A DNA stretch of 39,498 nucleotides from positions 1 to 39,498 of the IMG/VR virus record IMGVR_UViG_3300031949_000096, one strand, 5' to 3'. Origin of the DNA: a virus. A model generated the notes under the pieces. That model made no database searches and was not told the origin of the DNA. It was given only the letters and a program-made list of their open reading frames with translations. Position numbers and translations under genes: made by a program. Position 1 is the stretch's first letter. Every line of letters starts with the position of its first letter. Positions 15,390 to 20,247 of the stretch are shown piece after piece.

Positions 15390-16141
15390 ATGCTCCAGGA
15401 GTCTATCTCCCCCTTAATAAAGCGCTGGATGTTGGCGGCGCTCTTGCCCATTTTCTCCAGCTTCTCCCGGATGACTTTGTCACGCCCCTCGAGCACGACC
15501 TTCACGGCCTCCCCGATAGTCGCCGAGTCGTGCTTGTACGTTATGAGCTCCACCCCGGAGGCCGTCTCGAAGGCTTTGACCTTGTCCTGGAGGCTCTTGA
15601 GCTCTCGAGGGGCTATGCCTGCGCTCGAGGCGCCCACGGTCTTGCCCCGCTCGAACTCCTCGCTCATGCGGCCGGCGATGGTGGCCGAGGGTATCATCCC
15701 CTTCGTTAGGTTGCGCATGAGCGCCGCCAGGAAGCTCGCGTCTATGGGCTGCGGCGTGAGCTTGACCGCCTCTTTGATTATTTTGAGCCCGGTGCCGCTC
15801 GGCACGATGAGCCCCCACTTCTCCGGCAGCTCACCCAGCTGCACTATGTCCGGGTCTCCCACGACGATGTACCAGTAGTCGCAAAAGCAGGCGAGCTCGT
15901 CGGCCTTCTGCGGGTTGCGTATCTCTCGTATAAAATCCCCGCGGGAGACCTTGACCTCGAAGCCGGTGATGTGCAGCCCGCGACTCGGCCACAGGCTCAT
16001 CGCCATCGCGTCCATGGTCCGGGTCGCACTAAAGCCGGCGCCGTTGCGCACCTGCGTCAAAAAGCCATACTCGGGCTGCGAGTACCGCTTGGAGAGGCGC
16101 TCTATCACCTCGTCCGTGTTGAGTGTTTTCTTGACCCCCAT
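15386..16141 (-). CDS. PD-(D/E)XK nuclease, MmcB-like N-terminal domain
   Basis: 251 aa. RTMDAMAMSLWPSRGLHITGFEVKVSRGDF...CDYWYIVV matches the D...E-x-K core of MmcB-family proteins as I recall them. Confidence 0.6.
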   Translation of the reverse strand: MGVKKTLNTDEVIERLSKRYSQPEYGFLTQVRNGAGFSATRTMDAMAMSLWPSRGLHITGFEVKVSRGDFIREIRNPQKADELACFCDYWYIVVGDPDIVQLGELPEKWGLIVPSGTGLKIIKEAVKLTPQPIDASFLAALMRNLTKGMIPSATIAGRMSEEFERGKTVGASSAGIAPRELKSLQDKVKAFETASGVELITYKHDSATIGEAVKVVLEGRDKVIREKLEKMGKSAANIQRFIKGEIDSWSI

Positions 16142-16144
16142 AAA

Positions 16145-16303
16145 TTATTCCAGCAACAGCTGCACCTCCACCACCCGGCAGCCGACGCCGCCATCCAGGA
16201 GAGTTTTGGCCATCTGTTTCTCGGCCCACTTGCGCGAGTCGAAGAGCATACTGATTCGCAGCTCTCCGTCGGCACGCACGATAGCAAAATACTTTTTCTG
16301 CAT
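16145..16303 (-). CDS. Small hypothetical protein (52 aa)
   Basis: Begins MQKKYFAIVRADGELRISMLF... This is the internal ATG of track ORF 16145..16411, 1 nt after the upstream stop. Confidence 0.5.
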   Translation of the reverse strand: MQKKYFAIVRADGELRISMLFDSRKWAEKQMAKTLLDGGVGCRVVEVQLLLE

Positions 16304-16304
16304 A

Positions 16305-16463
16305 TTATTCCAGCTCCTCGAGCTCCTCCGGCTCTTCGTCGACCACCTCATCCTCCTCGAGGTCGTCCGGGTAGTTGATGCGGTCTTCGGCCACAGGCAC
16401 AGGCTCGCCAAAAAGAAAGGCTTTGATGCGGCCGGCTAGTGAGTAGTCCCGGTAGGTGACCAT
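16305..16463 (-). CDS. Small protein with a strongly acidic C-terminus (52 aa; not in the ORF track)
   Basis: My own translation is MVTYRDYSLAGRIKAFLFGEPVPVAEDRINYPDDLEEDEVVDEEPEELEELE. It has 1-4 nt gaps to its neighbours. Confidence 0.5.
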   Translation of the reverse strand: MVTYRDYSLAGRIKAFLFGEPVPVAEDRINYPDDLEEDEVVDEEPEELEELE

Positions 16464-16467
16464 AGAG

Positions 16468-16713
16468 TTATCCTTGGCCCGGCTCCGAGCGGTCCATTAT
16501 GCAATTCATCGCGAGCTCCGCCATGGCGCTGCGCGTCGTGCGACCTTTGCCGATAAAGAGGCGAGCCGCGCAGGTCTCGCTTTTGCCGACCACGATGCTG
16601 GCCTCCCACTCCGTGCTGCGGTTGTTGGTCTCGAGCTTAAAGCTGCAGGAGTCCGCCGTCGGGTGTCCCTCGAGAATCGCTTTTACTAGTGCCGGTGCGA
16701 TGTGGTCTATCAT
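16468..16713 (-). CDS. Small hypothetical protein (81 aa)
   Basis: Begins MIDHIAPALVKAILEGHPTADSCSFKLE... This is the internal ATG of track ORF 16468..16812. Confidence 0.55.
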   Translation of the reverse strand: MIDHIAPALVKAILEGHPTADSCSFKLETNNRSTEWEASIVVGKSETCAARLFIGKGRTTRSAMAELAMNCIMDRSEPGQG

Positions 16714-16717
16714 ATTT

Positions 16718-16879
16718 TTATCCGTTGCCCGGGTACTCGGCGTCCATCTGCTGCAGGAGGTCGCGCAGGTCGTTTTTGACCTTAATCGCGGCCATCTCCT
16801 TGCCCGAAGCATCGGCCCGGAGGGTATACTCCCGGTCCTCTACTTTGAGCTTAAATGTGAAGGTGGTGATGACGTCCAT
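16718..16879 (-). CDS. Small hypothetical protein (53 aa; not in the ORF track)
   Basis: My own translation is MDVITTFTFKLKVEDREYTLRADASGKEMAAIKVKNDLRDLLQQMDAEYPGNG. It has 4-nt gaps on both sides. Confidence 0.5.
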   Translation of the reverse strand: MDVITTFTFKLKVEDREYTLRADASGKEMAAIKVKNDLRDLLQQMDAEYPGNG

Positions 16880-16883
16880 GGTA

Positions 16884-17282
16884 TTAGTAGCGGCGCTCTC
16901 CCGGTCGACGTTCGCGCATAGGTCCGAAGTCCCCGCCGTCGCCTTGGTCTCGCCGCGGCTGCTGGCGCTCGGTGATGATGCGCTCGATGTCCTCGAAGGC
17001 CATGCCGTCCTTGCGCATCGACGCGCGCAGGGTCATGAAGAGCTCGTCCTCGAGCGCGCGGATGATGCCATCCTTAACGCCTAAAGACCGCTCGATGCGG
17101 CCGTTGGCTTGGATGCTCTCCCCTACGTTGCGCTCTGCACGCTCGACCTTGGCGTTTGCCTCGCGCACCTGGGTCTCCAGGTTGCCGACCGTGATGTTTT
17201 TGTGCTCGAGCCGCGTCTTGAGCTCGCGGTTTTCTGCGAGGAGCTGCCTGCGGGACTTTATTGTTGGTTTTTGCCGGGCCAT
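16884..17282 (-). CDS. Coiled-coil hypothetical protein (132 aa)
   Basis: Begins MARQKPTIKSRRQLLAENRELKTRLEHKNITVGNLETQVREANAKVERAE... It is trimmed from track ORF 16884..17645. Confidence 0.6.
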   Translation of the reverse strand: MARQKPTIKSRRQLLAENRELKTRLEHKNITVGNLETQVREANAKVERAERNVGESIQANGRIERSLGVKDGIIRALEDELFMTLRASMRKDGMAFEDIERIITERQQPRRDQGDGGDFGPMRERRPGERRY

Positions 17283-17296
17283 GATTTTAGAGGGGG

Positions 17297-17893
17297 TTAG
17301 TCCTGCTTGTAGATTTTGTAATCGCCGGCGAGTATCTCCTTGGCGAACTGGAGGCCGGTGTCGATGTCCTTGCGGCGGTCTTCCATCTTCTTCTTCGTGA
17401 CCACAATATCCTCCTCGGCGTTTTCGATTTGAGTGAGGATGCCGGCATCTTTGCCCTCTCCGTTGAGCTCGGCATCGAGCTCCTGGCGCTTCTTGGTGAT
17501 GCGAGCGCGCTCTTTTTGGTAGGCGGCGCGGCCCTCTTTGTCCTTCGCGTCGGTCGGCGCCTTGAGGTCCGCAAGCTCCTGGTCGAGTGCCGCTATCTCC
17601 GGCTCTATCTCCGCGGCGCGCGCCTTCTTCTCGTCGATGCGCCATGCGAACTGGCGTATCTTCATGTCGTCCTCGACGATGGCCTCGCGGTTGGCGCGGA
17701 TGTGCGAGTAGATGGTCTCGGCAGCGATGAAGGGAGCGATGGTGTCCGGCTCCGGCTTGTAGAGCACGACGATGCCCTCTTCTTTGAACTGCAGCGCCGG
17801 CATGGCGTCGGTGTGGTAGAGGTGCGCGGTCTGCAGGAACTGGTTGAGCTCATCCTGCTGGTCGTACTTAAAAACGCGGGTTTGAAGTGTCAT
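17297..17893 (-). CDS. Hypothetical protein (198 aa) with a charged coiled-coil C-terminal half
   Basis: A clean ORF and the second gene of the early leftward operon. Confidence 0.65.
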   Translation of the reverse strand: MTLQTRVFKYDQQDELNQFLQTAHLYHTDAMPALQFKEEGIVVLYKPEPDTIAPFIAAETIYSHIRANREAIVEDDMKIRQFAWRIDEKKARAAEIEPEIAALDQELADLKAPTDAKDKEGRAAYQKERARITKKRQELDAELNGEGKDAGILTQIENAEEDIVVTKKKMEDRRKDIDTGLQFAKEILAGDYKIYKQD

Positions 17894-17898
17894 ATAAA

Positions 17899-18291
17899 TT
17901 ATGCGAAGGCCGAAGCCGGGCTAAGGTTAATAGTCGATAGAACCGCTGCCGCACCAGGACCGCCACCGCTCGGGGCCGAGGGCATAGGTGCCGGGGCGCT
18001 GCCGCCGCCCGCACCCGACTCCCCGGTCCCTTTCTCCGGCACGTCGAGCTCGACCTCCACCTTCGGGAGGCCTAGCTTCTGCCCGGCTGCCCACGCGAGC
18101 GCCCGGATGGCGTTTGCGTTGGTGCCTTTCTTGCCGATGATGAAGCGCGCATCCGCCGGGTTGCAGCGGACGGTATAGACCAGCACTCCCTCCTCGAGTT
18201 TATGCGACACCGAGACGGCACCTTCGTCCGGCACAATGGCTTTCGCCAGCGTGGTGATGAGAGCGACGATGACGAGCTCGTTGGTATCCAT
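17899..18291 (-). CDS. KH-domain RNA-binding protein, KhpA/UPF0109-like, with a Gly/Pro/Ala-rich tail
   Basis: 130 aa. LVIVALITTLAKAIVPDEGAVSVSHK..LVYTVRCNPADARFIIGKKGTNANAIRALAWAAG matches the KhpA-type KH fold, including the GxxG loop (GKKG). It is the first gene of the early leftward operon. Confidence 0.7.
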   Translation of the reverse strand: MDTNELVIVALITTLAKAIVPDEGAVSVSHKLEEGVLVYTVRCNPADARFIIGKKGTNANAIRALAWAAGQKLGLPKVEVELDVPEKGTGESGAGGGSAPAPMPSAPSGGGPGAAAVLSTINLSPASAFA

Positions 18292-18338
18292 ACTTGCTGC
18301 TCATTGTACCCCCTGCTCCTGCAGGGCCAGCTGCGCGG

Positions 18339-18391
18339 TGTGGATAACTCATGCTTGACGCGCTTGACAGGTCAAGGGAGTCAAGTAAGAT
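18339..18391 (+). promoter_or_regulatory. Rightward promoter candidate with a perfect DnaA box
   Basis: TGTGGATAA (18339..18347)-CTCATGC-TTGACG (18355..18360)-CGC-TTGACA (18364..18369)-16 nt-TAAGAT (18386..18391). It lies in the divergent region between the KH gene and the plus-strand island. Confidence 0.55.
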
Positions 18392-18436
18392 GGAGGAAGG
18401 ACTGCCGCTTTAGAGCAGCCCGGCAACAAAACTATT

Positions 18437-18952
18437 ATGGGTAAAAAAACAGGAGCAGCTTTTGAGGTCCAGTACCGCGGGTACACCATTATTTTTAACG
18501 AGGGGGAGAAGTGGGAGACCCTGCTCAAGGGTGCGAAGCGCCCGGAGATGCACGAGAATATCAAGCGCGTGCAGGACGCCATCGACCGCTCTCTTCGTGG
18601 GGACTTCGAGCGCCTCCCGGTCTTTATCGAAAAGCGCAACGCAAACGGCTACGGCCGGAGCGGCCGCTACGAGAAGGCGACCATCACCTCCGTCGGCATC
18701 GACCGCGACGTATTTGTGCAGCGTGAGGGCCAAAAGCATACGGAGGCGCATAGCCACTACAACGGCGGCCTCTTCGTACAGAACCCTGCAAACGCCCAGC
18801 TCATCGCCGAGCTTCACGCCATCCAGGACGAGATAGAAACACTCGAGTCGAAGCGCCGCCAGGCCGCAGAAAAGTCCAGCCAAAAGGCCCGCAAGCTCCA
18901 GGTGGTCGATACCGAAAAGATAGTCGCTAAGGTCCTCGGCCCCGATGCGTAG
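18437..18952 (+). CDS. Hypothetical protein (171 aa), first gene of the rightward island
   Basis: A clean ORF with a coiled-coil C-terminal segment. I recognise no domain. Confidence 0.65.
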   Translation: MGKKTGAAFEVQYRGYTIIFNEGEKWETLLKGAKRPEMHENIKRVQDAIDRSLRGDFERLPVFIEKRNANGYGRSGRYEKATITSVGIDRDVFVQREGQKHTEAHSHYNGGLFVQNPANAQLIAELHAIQDEIETLESKRRQAAEKSSQKARKLQVVDTEKIVAKVLGPDA

Positions 18953-19091
18953 CTCGCTCTACAAAGAGCTCCGGGATGAGCGTATCGCTCGCCGGCAAGA
19001 GCGCGGCATCATCATATTTTTCTCGGTCGTCACCGTCCTACTCGCCTACTTGCTACTCATCTGCCTCGCCGCGGAGGGCCGCCTCTTCTAG
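18945..19091 (+). CDS. Small membrane protein (48 aa; not in the ORF track)
   Basis: My own translation is MRSSLYKELRDERIARRQERGIIIFFSVVTVLLAYLLLICLAAEGRLF. It has an 8-nt overlap with the upstream gene and one TM helix. Confidence 0.5.
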   Translation: MRSSLYKELRDERIARRQERGIIIFFSVVTVLLAYLLLICLAAEGRLF

Positions 19092-19093
19092 CC

Positions 19094-19339
19094 ATGAAAA
19101 AGAAAAAAACACTTGAGTCCCCGCGGGCGGCCGCTGCCGGCCACAAGGTCCTCCGGGCGCTGCTCAAAAACGACGGCCGCAGCTACGAAGAAATCGGCAA
19201 GGATGCCGGCATCTCGAAGCAGCGCGTCGGGCAGATAGCGAAGAGGCACGGCATCACCCGAGCACCGGCGCGCGGCGTGATGCAGGTCGCTTGCGTACAC
19301 TGCGGCCGGCAGACTCCTGCGGTGCCCACCATACGGTGA
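19094..19339 (+). CDS. HTH DNA-binding protein (81 aa), candidate transcription regulator
   Basis: RSYEEIGKDAGISKQRVGQIAKRHGI is a sigma-region-4-like or Cro-like HTH. The last 28 codons or so overlap the rusA 3' end on the opposite strand. Confidence 0.6.
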   Translation: MKKKKTLESPRAAAAGHKVLRALLKNDGRSYEEIGKDAGISKQRVGQIAKRHGITRAPARGVMQVACVHCGRQTPAVPTIR

Positions 19340-19688
19340 CCCGGATGCGCTTGTTGCTCGAGCGCACCTGCCGCAATAACACCCCCGCCACCTCGGCGGG
19401 GGTGTCGTCTTTCAGTACCCCGGCGTGGCGCAGTCCGTCCTCCACCATTTTCGCCATCGAGGAGAGGTTGAGGTTGTCGAGCGGCTTGCCCGGTATCTCG
19501 AAGAGGTACTCCACGAGCGGCAGCGGGTAGCTCGTGACCGGCGGCATCGACGTGCGCCGCACCGCCTCCCGGACCGCCAGGTAGAACGCCTGCTCGAGCG
19601 GGTATCGCTTCATCGCGTGCTTGCGGTAGAAGACGTTGGTCGAGACCTTCTCCGGGAGCTCGAGAGTGAGTTGGGGGGTCATGTGCAT
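19254..19688 (-). CDS. rusA: RusA-family Holliday junction resolvase
   Basis: 144 aa. GKPLDNLNLSSMAKMVEDGLRHAGVLKDDTPAEV matches the RusA D-x-DN...K...D...DD catalytic pattern. Confidence 0.75.
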   Translation of the reverse strand: MHMTPQLTLELPEKVSTNVFYRKHAMKRYPLEQAFYLAVREAVRRTSMPPVTSYPLPLVEYLFEIPGKPLDNLNLSSMAKMVEDGLRHAGVLKDDTPAEVAGVLLRQVRSSNKRIRVTVWWAPQESAGRSVRKRPASRRAPVLG

Positions 19689-19706
19689 ATTCTCTCTTAT
19701 ATAAAA

Positions 19707-19721
19707 CTACTATTACTATTA
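19707..19721 (-). repeat. Trinucleotide array TAA-TAG-TAA-TAG-TAG (DnaA-trio-like)
   Basis: The plus strand reads ctactattactatta. On the minus strand the array is preceded by CCCCACCCC and followed by TTTTATATAAGAGAGAAT. Confidence 0.5.
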
Positions 19722-19809
19722 GGGGTGGGGATAGCTCGGATAACTCACTTTTGCGTTGCCCTTCATATGTTTTTCAGGAAGTGCCGCTGGGGACAACGTG
19801 GGACCCGAC

Positions 19810-19829
19810 TGTGGATAAATTGTGGATAA
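19810..19829 (-). promoter_or_regulatory. Two perfect DnaA boxes in tandem, 11-bp register
   Basis: TGTGGATAA occurs at 19810..19818 and again at 19821..19829. Confidence 0.75.
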
Positions 19830-19830
19830 C

Positions 19831-19865
19831 AAAAGGGGAGCAAATGGCTATACCACTTGCTCCCC
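19831..19865 (-). terminator. Intrinsic terminator downstream of the DnaA-domain-IV gene
   Basis: The minus strand reads GGGGAGCAAGTGG-TATAG-CCATTTGCTCCCC, a 13-bp stem with one G-U pair, followed by TTTTGTT. Confidence 0.75.
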
Positions 19866-19890
19866 AGGTGTTTCACGCGAAACCCCCAGC

Positions 19891-19912
19891 TTATCCACAG
19901 GGGTTACCCACA
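19891..19912 (+). promoter_or_regulatory. Perfect DnaA box plus an 8/9 box, in the opposite orientation to the 19810 pair
   Basis: TTATCCACA at 19891..19899 and TTACCCACA at 19904..19912. They end 2 nt before the stop codon of the 19915..20247 gene. Confidence 0.7.
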
Positions 19913-19914
19913 GT

Positions 19915-20247
19915 CTAAAGCAGGCCGTGGAGCTCGTTTTTGCACCGGGTTCCTATGCCGATGGCGCGCTCGAGCAGCTCCTCGCTCGCCCGGACCTGGG
20001 CGATGCCGTTGAGCACGGTCGTGTGGTCCTTCTCGTAGAAGCGACCCATGCGGGCGGCACTGTACTGCAGCAGGGTGCTGCCGAGGTACCACAGGATAAA
20101 TCGGGCCTCCACGCGCTCCTGGAAGCGCCCAGGCACGCGCATCTCCTCGAGAGGCACTCCGCACTCCCGGGCCACTATCGACTCCAGGCGGAGGAAGCCA
20201 GGGGGCACGAACGCCGGAGAGTTGGACCGCTCCTCGGCGCCACTCAT
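19915..20247 (-). CDS. Stand-alone DnaA domain IV (DnaA-box-binding HTH) protein, 110 aa
   Basis: RVEARFILWYLGSTLLQYSAARMGRFYEKDHTTVLNGIAQVRA aligns by eye with the DnaA C-terminal domain (..ARQIAMYL...IG..FG.RDHTTVLHA..KI), including the DHTTV signature. There is no AAA+ region. The start forms an ATGA overlap with the upstream gene. Confidence 0.8.
   Translation of the reverse strand: MSGAEERSNSPAFVPPGFLRLESIVARECGVPLEEMRVPGRFQERVEARFILWYLGSTLLQYSAARMGRFYEKDHTTVLNGIAQVRASEELLERAIGIGTRCKNELHGLL

Larger units (their letters stand above)
19689..19914. other. oriC-like non-coding region (candidate phage replication origin)
   Basis: The 226-bp gap holds 3 perfect and 1 near-perfect DnaA boxes, 2 degenerate boxes, a GC cluster, a TA(A/G) triplet array, an AT-rich end and an internal terminator hairpin. 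It is adjacent to the DnaA-domain-IV gene. Confidence 0.6.
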
